Shown here piece after piece: positions 28,894-41,855 of a stretch of DNA of 64,000 nt (positions are counted from its first letter, which is position 1; every line of letters starts with the position of its first letter). The notes below the pieces were generated by a model. The model searched no databases, was not told the origin of the DNA, and worked only from the letters and a program-made list of their open reading frames with translations. Source of the stretch: Octopus sinensis (lineage: Eukaryota); the NCBI RefSeq assembly GCF_006345805.1, contig NC_043007.1, forward strand, positions 27,032,001-27,096,000. The letters are read 5' to 3'. The position numbers and the translations under genes were made by a program.

Positions 28894-28927
<34 letters not shown>

Positions 28928-28961
28928 CATACATACGTACATACTTATTTATACACATACA

Positions 28962-28993
<32 letters not shown>

Positions 28994-29240
28994 CACATAC
29001 ATACATACATACATACATGCTTACACATACATATATACATACATACATACATACATACATACATACATACATACATACATACATACATACATACACACAT
29101 ACATACATACATACATACAAACATACATACATACATACATACATACATACAATCATACACACATACATACATACATACATACATACATACATACAATCAT
29201 ACACACATACATACATACATACATTCATACATATATATAT
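28885..29240. repeat. (ACAT)n microsatellite
   Basis: Direct inspection. Confidence 0.95.
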
Positions 29241-29699
29241 GCTTGTGTGGGGGCGCATGCGTGTGCGTGCGCATACATACTCTCGCGTTGTTATGTACAT
29301 TTTATAATTCTCTCCCTAAACATAAACGTTTGATGTGTTTTTCTTTCAATAACGATTTAGTCTTTGTATTGTTTAGTCTTTTGAGCAGCCCATAACTCAA
29401 TGGCAGCGGACAAACCTAGAAATATTGTAATAAAATGGTACTGTTTAAAGAGGTTGTTACGTGAGAGAAACCGGAAGTGATTACAGTGAAAACGGATATG
29501 GACCTGCGCGAACATGAAAATACGACCTACGTAATCCTTTCTCACACACCAAGTGATTTATCATACTTGAATGTGTAGGAAGTCGAATGTGGGCTTGTAT
29601 TTGCGAAGTTTTCCTTGGGAATAGAAATAACTTCGGATGATTAAGAGCGGATCTCGTCGTGTGTTGAACAAAAGTGTACAACCAACAACTCATAAGTGC

Positions 29700-31670
29700 G
29701 CATATGTATGTGTGTACGTATGTATGTATGTGTGTATGTATGTGTGTATGTATGTATGTGTGTATGTATGTATGTATGTATGTATGTATGTATGTATGTG
29801 TGTATGTATGTATGTGTGTATGTATGTATGTATGTATGTATGTATTTATGTTTGTATGTATGTATGTATGTGTGTAAGTATGTTTGTATGTATGTATGTA
29901 TGTGTGTAAGTATGTTTGTATGTATGTATGTATGTATGTATGTATGTGTGTATGTATGTATGTATGTATGTATGTATGTATGTATGTATGTATGTATGTA
30001 TGTATGTATGTGTGTATGTATGTATGTATGTATGTATGTATTTATGTTTGTATGTATGGATTATGGTGTAAGTATGTTTGTATGTATGTATGTATGTGTG
30101 TAAGTATGTTTGTATGTATGTAGGTATGTATGTATGTGTGTATGTATGTATGTATGTATGTAGTATGTATGTGATGTATGTATTTGTGTTAGTATGTATG
30201 TATGTATGTATGTATTTATGTTTGTATGTATTATGGTTGTAAGTATGTTTGTATGTATGTATGTATGTGTGTAAGTATGTTTGTATGTATGTATGTGTGT
30301 ATGTATGTATGTGTGTATGTATGTATGTATGTATGTATGTATGTATGTGTGTATGTATGTATGTGTGTATGTATGTATGTATGTATGTATGTATTTATGT
30401 TTGTATGTATGTATGTATGTGTGTAAGTATGTTTGTATGTATGTATGTATGTGTGTAAGTATGTTTGTATGTATGTATGTATGTATGTATTTGTATGTAG
30501 TGTGTATGTATGTATGTATGTATGTATGTATGTATGTATTATGTATGTATGTATGTATGTGTGTATGTGTGTCGGTATGTATGTATGTACTGTATGTATG
30601 TATGTATGTACGTATGTATGTATGTATGTATATATGTATGTATGTATGTATGTATGTGTGTATGTATGTATGTATGTATGTATGTATGTATGTATGTAGT
30701 GTGTATGTAGTGTATGTATGTCTTATGTATGTATGTATGTGTATGTATGTATGTATGTTATGGGTGTGTGTGTATGCATGCATGTATGTATGTATGTATG
30801 TATGTATGTAGTTATGTGTGTATGTATGTAATGTATGTATGTATGTATGTATGTATGTGTGTATGTATGTATGTGTGTATGTTATGTATGTATGTATGTA
30901 TGTTATGTATGTTGTATGTATGTATGTATGTGTGTATGTTGTATGTTGTTGTATGTCAGTCTGTCTGTATGTATGTATGTATGTATATATGTGTGTATGT
31001 ATGTATGTATGTATGTATGTATGTATGTATGTATGTATGTATGTATGTATGTGTGTATGTATGTATGTATGTATGTATGTCAGTCTGTCTGTCTGTCTGT
31101 ATGTATGTATATATGTGTGTATGTATGTATGTATGTATATATGTGTGTATGTATGTATGTATGTACGTATGTATGTGTGTGTATGTGTGTATGTTTGTAT
31201 GCATGTATGTATGCATGTACGTACGTATTCATATACGTATGTATATATATGAATGTATGTATGTATATATGTATGTGTGTATGTATGTATGTATGTATGT
31301 ATGTATGTAGGTATATACGTATGTACATACATATTGCATGTCATTATACAGATTTATTTCAAGATTTCTTACCATTAGGGAAAGAGCCGGTTTCTAACCT
31401 AGATCCAAGGTTCCTTTATTGGAATTTGAACATCAACAACAGAGTATTTTTGTATGTATGTATGTATGTATGTATGTATGTATGTACGTATGTATGTATG
31501 TTGTATGTATGTATGTATGTATGTATGTATGTATGTATGAATGCATATATGTATGTATGCATTTATGTATGTAGGGATGTATGTCTGTATTTGTGTGTAT
31601 GCATGTGTGTAGGTATATTTGTATGTATTGGTGTGTGAGTGTATGTATATATATATGTGTGTGTGTATGT
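29700..31670. repeat. ~2-kb (TATG)n microsatellite
   Basis: Direct inspection; ragged single-base interruptions at about 30050-30950. Confidence 0.95.
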
Positions 31671-31799
31671 ATAGATGGATGTAAATTTCATGACTCAGTG
31701 TGTGTTAAGAAGATTGTGCATATATAAATATTATATACGAGCACACAAATATATAACAGTGTTATATTATCTATGTCTATATACACCATATAGTCCCGA

Positions 31800-31890
<91 letters not shown>

Positions 31891-32255
31891 AAGCCTTCGG
31901 GCCGACCAAAGCCTTGTGCGTGGATTTGGTGGACAGCCACTCAGAGAAGCCCTTCACATATACATACGTACATACATAATACATACATATATATATATAT
32001 TTATTTATTTTTTATAAACACACATATATATATATGTATAATATATATATATATATATAATATATATATATATATATAACACGTAAATATATATATGCTT
32101 TCTATATTCTTTGAGCTTATTTCAAGTTACATGAAAAAAAACAACCTACAACCCATATTTTTACATTTTCTCGAGATTAAAATGACTGTGATGTCGGAGC
32201 TTCGGCTAGGACAGGTTTCATACACACCATGCATGCATACATACATAAATACAAT

Positions 32256-32335
<80 letters not shown>

Positions 32336-32917
32336 GATACTTTCATACAAATGTATTCATATATTTATGAAGAAAGAGAGTGAGTGACTGGGAGAGAGTA
32401 ACCTCGATAGAATGTATGCGCCTGTGTGTCTGTGTTCGAGAGAGAAAGAGGAAGATGAAAATTCCAAATGCCATGATTATCATTTCTTCTTTCTGCCATT
32501 TTGTATCCGCTTCGTCATTATAACTCATTGGCATCATATATCCTGCTGCATTTTCCAAACTATTAAACGAAAAACTGCTTTTGAACATATAAATAAGAGT
32601 TTGAGCAAATTTATATCTGGATATGCATCCGCTCTCTCAGATTGAAAAAGGCAACCAATTATAAATCACACACAGCAGATCAATGACTAAACTTAATTGA
32701 ACGGTTTTTCGTAATTAGAATACATGTATCGATAATTTGTTACTTAATTGCCGTTTGAAACCGGTCGATTTGTAGGTTCGCTCGAGCGTCGCAAAGAATA
32801 TATAGCTATATGTTTGCTTCTGGTCTCCGGCATGCTGGTTTCAAACCCACAGAAGCTAATTTTGACGTTTATTCTTTTGAGCCTCGTAATGATGCCATTC
32901 TCTCCCCCTACTCTGTC

Positions 32918-32986
<69 letters not shown>

Positions 32987-32989
32987 ATA

Positions 32990-33026
<37 letters not shown>

Positions 33027-33568
33027 CTATCTATCTCTCTCTCTTTTTCCCGCCAGTTTTATTCTGCAGGTTCTACTGCTTTAAAGGAACGAGATTTGAG
33101 GAGGTGTCCGTGTTTGCCCGTGTTAATCTGGGTAACAAAAACAGTTACATGCGACGAAGTTTATCTGCTTACGGGTGGCTTCTGTAGTTCATTGCCGTTT
33201 TGCAATTCCTAAAACCAAACAATATGCATTAAAATATCAGAATGGTTTTAACTCACAATATAGGATTGTGTAGTTCAATCATTAATCCGCTTATCAACAT
33301 CCCTTCATTTCTCTCTCCGTTTTTTCTTTCTTTCTATTATTGGGTATTAGGGCGGCAAGCTGGCTGAATCGTTAACACTTTGGACAAAATTCTTGGTTGC
33401 AATACTCCCGGCTTTTTATCCTAGGAGTTCCAATCGTGCCAAGGTCAAATTTACCTTTCAGCTCTACAGGGTCACTAAAATAAGGGGCCAGTCAAGTGTT
33501 AAATTTGATGTAAGAATTAATCGACTTGTTATCGCCTCTCAAAATTTCTGGCGGTCAACGCTGCAACG

Positions 33569-33805
33569 AACCGGCATCTCGTTCATTTATACGACATGGA
33601 TTCTGGGAAATCGGACACTGGTAAACCGGCATCTCGTTCATTTATACGACATGGACTCTGGGAAATCGGACACTGGAAAAACCGGTATCTCGTTCATTTA
33701 TACGGCATGGATTCTGGAAAATCGGACACTGGAAAAACCGGCATCTGGTTCATTTATACGACATGGACTCTGGCAAATCGGACACTGGTAAACCGGCATC
33801 TCGTT
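33569..33805. repeat. 55-56-bp minisatellite, about 4.3 copies
   Basis: Unit AACCGGCATCTCGTTCATTTATACGACATGGA(T/C)TCTGGGAAATCGGACACTGG(T/A)A starts at 33569, 33624, 33680, 33736, 33791. Confidence 0.95.
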
Positions 33806-33930
33806 AATGTATGTCTGCATTGTTAAAATGGATTAGAATGCATGAATCGATTGCTTATTCGATTTCATCCTAAACGAGCCTTGAAGACACTTAGCGTAAG
33901 GGACTAGTATGAAGAAAAAGAAGAAAGGGC

Positions 33931-34290
33931 TTACAAATTCGAGAGATGATGTTTGACAGGAAGTTTAAAGGGCTGAATATCAAAGAACCGAGGGAAATAA
34001 GAGGACGGGGCTGAGTTCCAGAGAGGCAGCTTTTCAAGGAAAAAGAAGTTAATAAACTGAAAGGTCTTATGACCAACAGAAAGCTCAATAGTGAAATGAT
34101 GTGTCGGGGAAGAGAAACGGGTGAGACGCATGAAGCTTTGGAGAGAGGGTATTAGACCAGAGACTTCATCAGAACGATCAGCATGGAAATGCTTATTGGA
34201 CAGACACAGCGAAGATTACATTTCAACGACGGGCCAAAGGTAGAAAGACAACGGATAACTTTTCTGAAAGAATCTCTTGCTAAAGTTAAT
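33931..34290 (-). mobile_element. CR1-like non-LTR retrotransposon, decayed ORF2 C-terminus
   Basis: SLCLSNKHFHADRSDEVSGLIP...RLTRFSSPTHHFTI...LWNSAPSSYFPRFFDIQPFK resembles the CR1-group C-terminal pattern (SLFYRY.HG.CS.EL...R.TR...H.F.V...LWNSLP...F....LQ.FK). Confidence 0.7.
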
Positions 34291-35189
34291 CAAAGATTTT
34301 GATTATATCGATCGTACAATTGGCATGTGACGGAAAAGGTAATTAGATTTCCTCTGACTCTATTTCTGCACGAAATTTGTAGGACTTCGCAGGAAAAAAA
34401 GCAATGTGGGAAATTTAGAAAAGCAGGTAATTGTTTACAGCCTGTCTCTATAAAGTTTGCAATATTAGAAAGGGAGTTAAAGCAGTGAGCTAGCGGGATG
34501 CTCTGCGGAATTTCATCCGTTTTTATGCTTTGAGTTTAAGTTTTTCTGAGGTCGACCTTGCCCTTCATCCTTTCGGGGTCGACAAAATAAGTACCGGCTT
34601 AGCACGGAGGTTGATGTTATCGACTATCCCGTACCCGCCGAATTTCTAACTAACTTTAGAAGGGTTGGGAATTATTAAGTTTAGAACAAGATCTTCGCTA
34701 AATAGGAATACTTATGAACGAAGACATTTTAGTCCAGACCAACAACTTTTCCGTTTTCCGTTTCGTCTGAGGATACGGTGTGAATCAATGGGTGTGCAGC
34801 TGCTATTTCTCACATCTCAGGCTACTGCATAGAGGCCTCGCTGTAGTTTAGTCTCAGATAATCTCTGATTCTTATGAGCAAAGACATTTCAAAACTTTTC
34901 ACTATGGACAGCACCTCTGTGTATATTTAAAATCACATTCTTCAAATTGTTTTAACATTTGTTTTAACATATGTTAGGGAGTGAATCGAGTGGATGTGGT
35001 GGCTATTTCTAATAAATCAGGCTACCGCACAGAGGCTTTCTTTTTGGCTGTTTGTGATGGCCGTTCTTTGGTATATGTAAAATTCTAGTTTGCTTCATAA
35101 ATTTTCGGACGATTACCACCGAAACATAGAGCTTGAATTAACGAATTTTTTTGTTTCTAATTTAGACACATAACAATGTGGTGGGGAGG

Positions 35190-35950
35190 AGTCAGTAATA
35201 CGATTAAATTGGCCCCCGTAAATTACTGGTTTTATATTTCATCGATCTTATCAGTATGAAAAACGGAGTCGATTCTAGAAGAAATTGAACTTCGATCGGA
35301 AAAGGAGGAAAGAAATACCGAAAGGCATCTTATGCTGACAGCACGAGGCCAGCGGTTTTAGGGAGAGGGTGTTAGATGATTACACCAACTCCAGTACATG
35401 ACTGGTACTATATTTTATCGACCATGAAATAAGTCAGGCTTGGCGTGGTTTGAACTCAGAATGTAATGGGTCGGAAGAAATACTGCAATGCATTTTGTCC
35501 GGCATATAAATGATTCTTTTCTACTCCAGGTATAGGGCCCTAAATTTTGGGGGAGGAGCCCAGTCGATTAGGTCGCCCCCAGTACGCAACTGGTCCTTAA
35601 TTTATCGTCCCCGAAAGGATGAAAGGTAAAGTCGATCTCGGCGGAATTTGAACTCAGAACGGAAAAACAGACGAAATACCGCTAAGCATTTCGCCCGGCG
35701 TGCTAACGTTTCTGCCAGCTCACCACCTTAGATATATTAATCTTTTCTACTCTAGGCACAGGACCCGAAATTTTGGGGGAGGAGATCTGTCGACTAGGTC
35801 GACCCCAGTACGCAAATGGTACTTAATTTATCGACCCCGAAAGGATGAAGCCAAAGTCAAGCTCGACGGAATTTGGACTCAGAATGTAAAAACAGATAAA
35901 ATACCGCTAAGCATTTTGCCCGGCGTGCTTACGATGCTGTCAGCTCGCTG
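35190..35950 (-). mobile_element. Cluster of four head-to-tail SINE family B units
   Basis: Repeated ACTGGTACTT...ATCGAC...GGAATTTGAACTCAGAA cores; the tail TAGGCACAGGACCCGAAATTTTGGGGGAGG recurs. Confidence 0.85.
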
Positions 35951-36789
35951 TGTTAGATTGAACTAAGAGAGGCCCTCGCTTGAGTAAATTATTGAACAGA
36001 TATGGAGTAATATTATCATGGTTAGTTGTTCATTTTGGAGTAAAAGTAATTGACATTTGAAACTATAGTATCATTTTGTACCACAAAATTATATTCTTGA
36101 TTTCAAACAATTTCAATGTTTAAAAGCAAGCAACATGCCCGAAGAGTTAATTTTTCTTGGTGATCATAGATATCGGAAATAACATCTAGGGTTCTCTTTA
36201 TAGATAGAAGGTCCTATAAATCTGCTGCAGAAGTATCATTGCATATAGACCACCTGGTGTATAACATCGTCTTCGCTCCTGGCAAAAGAAGGTAGCTTTT
36301 ACATAATAAAGCATAAGAAAAGAAACCCTTGTTAAATTTAGAAATAGGCAGAGATTGAGAAGATTTTTTTATTAATTGAAACGAAAATACAGGTTCTTGA
36401 AAATGTTCTGCGGTGCTTATGAAAAGACTGCTACATTATTTGACATTAAAAGAAACAGTTTTATATTTCTTGCGTTACAAGACAACAATTTATCGGTATA
36501 AGGGCTCTTTTGAGGCCTCACAAGACGACATATTAGCTACTAATATCCCATATTTTACGGATTAAAATATCCCACATCTCAGACGCTATATGCTCACTTT
36601 TCATACATTATGAGCACACATTTCATACGTTATTAAAACTGAGTTTAAACATTATAATGCCTTACGTCATATGTAAACAAACACGTTTGCTTTTGAAGCG
36701 GCAAAAATGTACCATAGTATGACTACCGTTATAGTCATTACCATCATCATTAGTATTAGAAGAAGCAACAGTAAGAGCAGCAGCAATAG

Positions 36790-37290
36790 CACCGCCACCA
36801 CTAGCATCAAACTCACCACGACCACCACCATCACCACCACCATCACCACCACCACCACACCACCACCACCACCACCACCACCACCACCACCATAACCACC
36901 AACACGACGACCACCACCATCGTACTCACCACGACGACCACCACGACGACCACCATCACCACCATCACCACCACCACCACCAAACTCGCCACCACCGCCA
37001 CCACCACCACCACAACCACCACCACCACCACCACAACCAAACTCGTCACCACCACCACCATCAAACTTACCACCACCACCTAACTCGCCACGACCACCAC
37101 CACGACGACCACCACCACCACGACCACCATCAAACTCGCTACCACCACCACCACCACCACAACCACCACCAAACTCACCACCACCACAACCATCACCCCA
37201 TCAACATCACCACAACCACTATCACCGCCACCACCACCACCACCACCACCACACCACCACCACCACCACACCACCGCCACCATCACCATT
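36790..37290. repeat. (ACC)n tract with periodic AAACTC interruptions
   Basis: Direct inspection. Confidence 0.9.
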
Positions 37291-37514
37291 CCTACCAATA
37301 AGTACCTATATATTGATGTTCTCAAAGAATTATCAACTACGGTATTGCTAGAACCATCATCATCAACGGCAGCAGCACCAGAAGCAACGGCAGCAGCTTC
37401 GTAAGCGAAATAAATGTTTGATGTGAATATTTTTTTCCCATTAGCATTGGTGAACGGAAGGTAGAAAGCGTTATTGATGTTGCTGCCGAATGCGCGGTTG
37501 CTGCTGTTGCTGCT

Positions 37515-37740
37515 GAAGCTGATGTCGGGCATCATCATCAATATCATCACCATCATCATCAATATCATCTTCATCAGTATAACCATCATCATCGTGATCA
37601 TCATCATCATCATCATCATTACCATCATCATTATCATCATCATCATCATCATCAGTATAACCATCATCATCGTAATCATCATCATCATCATCATCAGTAT
37701 AACCATCATCATTGTGATCATCATCATCATCATCATCACC

Positions 37741-37777
<37 letters not shown>

Positions 37778-38035
37778 CCTTCATCATCATCATCATCATC
37801 ATCGTCATCGTCATCATCATCATCATCATCATCATCATCAACATCATCGTCATCGTCTTCGTCGTCGTCGTCAACATCATCCTCATCATCTTTATCTCCC
37901 GCATGATCACTTTTATTGAAATAACAACACAACTTTTCATTTATCATCATCATCATCGTCATCATCATCATTATTATTATTAATATTACGATTATCAACA
38001 TTATCATTATTACTATTTCACGATCATCATAAACA
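37515..38035. repeat. (ATC)n tract with repeated AGTATAACC variant, grading into (ATT)n
   Basis: Direct inspection. Confidence 0.9.
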
Positions 38036-38638
38036 TTATCATGATCACGACTACAACCAAACCAACCACCACCACCACCACCACCACCACCACCACCACC
38101 ATCACCATAGTCTCCAGCGGAATCTTCATGTTTATCTTTATGAGTTCACATTCCGCCGGAGCCTATCTACGTTTCCTTCTTATATTTGCAGGGATCGATG
38201 AAAATAATTACCAATCAAACATCGCGGTCGATTTTATCGAACACTAACCGTCCACCGCCTTCCCATCCTTTTACCACCCCAATTCTAAAAAGTGCTGCCT
38301 TCTCCCAATGCCAGAAAATAAATCGTTATTATACTAATTAATACTAACGGGGCCCGTAAAAATTGCACGTTCTACAAATTTTCTTATTTCTATTTTGACA
38401 CAATTTTATAGATTTTTTCCAGAGCATTGTTTCAATATTCTGAATACTTGGAATTTATTTTCGATCTCCTTCCGTAGTTTACATTGTTGAAAGTGTAACA
38501 TCAATACTCCAAGGCCGTGACAAGCAGGAGCAGATAGAATACATGTTGGCCCAAAATTAGGTTTACAGTTTATTCAACTCTCTCTTTCGTGTTCATATAT
38601 TAACAGCGTAGACCTTAATTATAAAAAAATATGAAACC

Positions 38639-38797
38639 ATTATTCAGCAAGATGGAGCACCTCCACATTATGCGTTCATAGTAAGAGACTACATTAACCA
38701 AGCCTTTCCACAACGTTGGTTTGGAAGACGGGGCAATATCGAATGACCATCACGTTTACCTGACCTAACGCCAATGGATTTATTTTGGTAGGGTGTT
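38639..38797 (+). mobile_element. Tc1/mariner-superfamily transposase fragment
   Basis: IQQDGAPPHYAFIVRDYINQAFPQRWFGRRGNIE*PSRLPDLTPMDLFW = QQDGAP.H and WP.RSPDL.P.DF motifs. Confidence 0.85.
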
Positions 38798-38801
38798 GCA
38801 G

Positions 38802-38949
38802 TATATTGGATAGATATTATCCCTTAGTTGGTTGGATTCACAGCCTCTAACTCTCTTGGAATTACATATGCATATATATATATATATCATTCCAAGAAAG
38901 TTAGAGGTTGTGAATCCAACCAACTAAGGGATAATATCTATCCAATATA
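38802..38949. mobile_element. Foldback/MITE-like near-perfect inverted repeat (61-bp arms)
   Basis: 38802-38862 pairs with 38889-38949 with 2 differences; TA-rich ends; it truncates the Tc1 fragment. Confidence 0.8.
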
Positions 38950-39269
38950 TTGGTGGTAGACTACCCAATTATTAATACACAAGTGTTTCTTCGATCCCTT
39001 CCATTTTCTTATTTCTATATATGTATATGTATGTATGACGAGTTTCATTCGTGATCCAACTACCAAATCCGCTCACAAAGCTCATAATGTCCGCCAGAGG
39101 CTCGTATAGAAGCCACTTGCTGAACCTATCACACAACGGGACTGGACTTAGGACCATATATGGTCGGGAAGCACACTTCTTACTACACAGTCCGAATATA
39201 ATATCTAAACAATATTAACCGTAGAATGAAATACAAGATGCAATGAATAAGAAAGAACAGTTTCTTTAA

Positions 39270-39492
39270 CCCATTAAGTCCCCCTGTCCTATAAATAGGA
39301 CCCTAAATGAGAACATTCAATAAGCTATATCACATTGTCTCAGTGTCCTATTTATAGGACACCGAATATTTCCATTTCTACTTGAAGGAAAGGAGTTTTG
39401 ATAATTACTTTTTTCATTTTAACCTATTTTCAATCATCTATAAAAATTTAAGAGTAATATTCAGAAATTTTATTAATCTTAGACTTAATGGG
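39270..39492. mobile_element. piggyBac-type MITE
   Basis: TTAA at 39266-39269 and 39493-39496; TIR CCCATTAAGTC / GACTTAATGGG; internal palindromic repeats GTCCTAT(A/T)(A/T)ATAGGAC. Confidence 0.85.
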
Positions 39493-40485
39493 TTAATATG
39501 CATGTTGGGAAAGACACTGATTCTCTCTCCAATATTCTCTCTCTCTCTCTCTCTCATTAACACACCTGCGTAAACACACACTTACACATATAGATACACA
39601 TACATGAGCAAATAAAAACACACCTGCGCAAACACGCACTCATATAAATACACACACATGAGCAAATATAAAACTGTCTCTACGACTTATTTATGTTGAA
39701 GAATTTTGCTTCTTGGCATTCGGTATATTTACGTATTCATACATACACACATAGAGATTGATTGATAAATGTAGAAATTGATAAATGTGAATACAATTAT
39801 TGAAAATAATGTCGTGTACCCTAGTATATACAAAGCCTGATGTTCTCTGCACACGACACTGATTGTTGCTATCGTTTTCCATTTTTTTCCTTTTCGCATA
39901 TCATGACAAGGACTATAATTCGGGAGTACAATGGACGTTTTATCCTGTCTTGATTACCTTGACACGAATCAAATCTGGTCACGAAGTTCTATCGCGTACA
40001 CGTAATGGCTTCAATGATCTCTCCAACTTCTCCTGTTCTCCAGATTTATGCTTGAAGTGGAATCGACTCCTATATTGATAGGTCGGGAGATCGAACAGAA
40101 CGATCCCATAAAATAATTTTGTGGTTGTGCTCCTGCCGCCAGGTCAATTCCAATCTCTCAAGCGTTCCGGCCGTGACTGTTCTTCTTGTTTTATATCCAC
40201 TGGTAGCTCGGAAGGCTGTGTTTAGGATCTATTTCTTGCACGTCGACCGATTCAGTTGATGTTTAGAGGTTAGTAAAGAAACAAAAAGAAGAGGGCGACT
40301 GTTATCGAAAATGAAGTAGATTGAGATGTTTATTCTGAACTTGTGAAAGACACACGAAGTGTCAAAATATTGTCTATTCGATAACAGTCGCACTCTTCTT
40401 AGGGTTTCTTTACTTTCTTGGAGAGTAACATCAATCCTTAAATATTACCAAAATGAAGTATATTATTATTATTATTATTATTATT

Positions 40486-40692
40486 CAGTAGTTTTATTTT
40501 TATAGCGTGCTTTCACTTCACTACCGAGCGCAGCTCTGTGTGCCTTGGGTATGTGCTGTGATTTGTTGTGATGCTCTGATGGTTATTGTATGGAAAGTGT
40601 TCTGCGCAGGATGTGTGCAGTGCCTAGTAGTGCAATTTTCTGTATGTTATATGTGTTTGTAAGTCCTGGTGTTTTTGTTATGTATTTGTCTG
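40486..40692 (-). mobile_element. R4/Dong-type non-LTR retrotransposon 3' fragment in (TAA)n
   Basis: Ends ...IQKIALLGTAHILRRTLSIQ*, then a short 3' UTR and (TAA)n; flanked by (ATT)n on both sides. Confidence 0.75.
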
Positions 40693-40713
40693 TAATATAT
40701 GTATTACTTTTAT

Positions 40714-40775
<62 letters not shown>

Positions 40776-40789
40776 TAATTATTATCATT

Positions 40790-41290
40790 GAGCGAGAGAG
40801 CAGTGCATGCCATCAAAGTGTCACTGGGGTAAAATATACGAAGCACTGTATACCCATCATGACTACCCGTCTGATAAGGGTACACCAGGCACATGCATCC
40901 CAACCATATGTGCGCGACATGGTGTTCTCATATCAAGAGAAACAGCGCATGACCTTGCAGGTGGGGCCCAGTTAGAATTTTCTTCTGCTCGATTAGCCCA
41001 TCCCGCTCAAAAGGTCGCTGAATAAGGATTGTTTAAGGATGTTGAACGAACCACCCATATGTCCAGAGGTGAACTATCCAAATCTTTAAGAATTCCTTTC
41101 AACACACGACTATGATGCTCCCCAACTACTTCTGCTCGTGATCAGAAATTCACATATCGTTAGCCACCAAGGGACATGCTCAGCTGGTTAAGGTCAAACA
41201 ATTGACAAGCAAATCTGTGGTACTGGGCAGAATAATTGCTGTTAGCCTACCGTTTATATCAAGAGCAAATCTGTGGTATTGAGCATTATT
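40790..41290 (-). mobile_element. Unclassified ~500-bp non-coding element between (TAA)n tracts
   Basis: Complex sequence bounded by (ATT)n; no recognisable protein or tRNA head; local duplication of GCAAATCTGTGGTA at one end. Strand inferred from the (TAA)n tail. Confidence 0.5.
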
Positions 41291-41313
41291 ACTATTACGA
41301 TTATTATTATTAC

Positions 41314-41369
<56 letters not shown>

Positions 41370-41397
41370 GTATTATATTATTATTATTATATTATAT

Positions 41398-41754
41398 CAG
41401 TAGTTTTGTTTTTATAGCGTGCTTTCACTTCACTACCGAGAGCAGCTCTGTGTGCCTTGGGTATGCTGTATTGATTTGTTTTGATGATCTGATGGTTATT
41501 GTATGGAAGTGTTCTGCGTAGGATGTGTGCAGTGCCTGGTAGTGCAATTTTCTGTATGTTATATGGTTTTGTAAGTCCTGGTGTTTTTGTTATGTATTTG
41601 TCTGAATATTTTTTTATCATGCCTAATGCACCTACTATGATAGGAATTGTTTCTGTTTTCAGATTCCACATTCTAGTTACCTCTATTTCCAGGTCTTTGT
41701 ATTTTGAGAGTTTCTCCATTTCTTTTAGAGACACGTTGTCATCTGCCGGTATTG
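41398..41754 (-). mobile_element. R4/Dong-type non-LTR retrotransposon 3' fragment (restriction-like endonuclease C-terminus) in (TAA)n
   Basis: KEMEKLSKYKDLEIEVTRMWNLKTETIPIIVGALGMIKK...IQKIALPGTAHILRRTL is the K..KY.DL...W.....P...GALG pattern of RLE-type elements. Confidence 0.85.
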
Positions 41755-41782
41755 ATTATTATTATTATTATTATTATTGGTA

Positions 41783-41855
<73 letters not shown>

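Noticed and set aside
29465-29580. EVITVKTDMDLREHENTTYVI as a cadherin LDRE-like motif
   Set aside because: Only about 37 open codons bounded by stops; other cadherin motifs absent.
30050-30950. Irregular interruptions in the (TATG)n array as biological structure
   Set aside because: Scattered single-base indels look like unpolished long-read error.
30061-31344. 427-aa ORF, the longest in the window
   Set aside because: Entirely an (ACAT)n translation (HTYI repeats).
32343-32588. Minus ORF with a TM-like segment (EEMIIMAFGIFIFLFLS)
   Set aside because: The hydrophobic part merges into a CT-rich tract, the splice donor is weak, and no family is recognised.
33569-33805. Possible CRISPR array
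   Set aside because: Contiguous tandem units with no unique spacers, in eukaryotic context.
36130-36300. ELIFLG...RPPGV*HRLRSW as a DNA-transposase remnant
   Set aside because: Motif spacing is off, several stops, and too little identity to call without a search.
36790-37290. Mucin-like KL(A/T/V)TTTT repeats
   Set aside because: In-frame stops near 36893 and 37081; explained by slippage of a variant (ACC)n unit.
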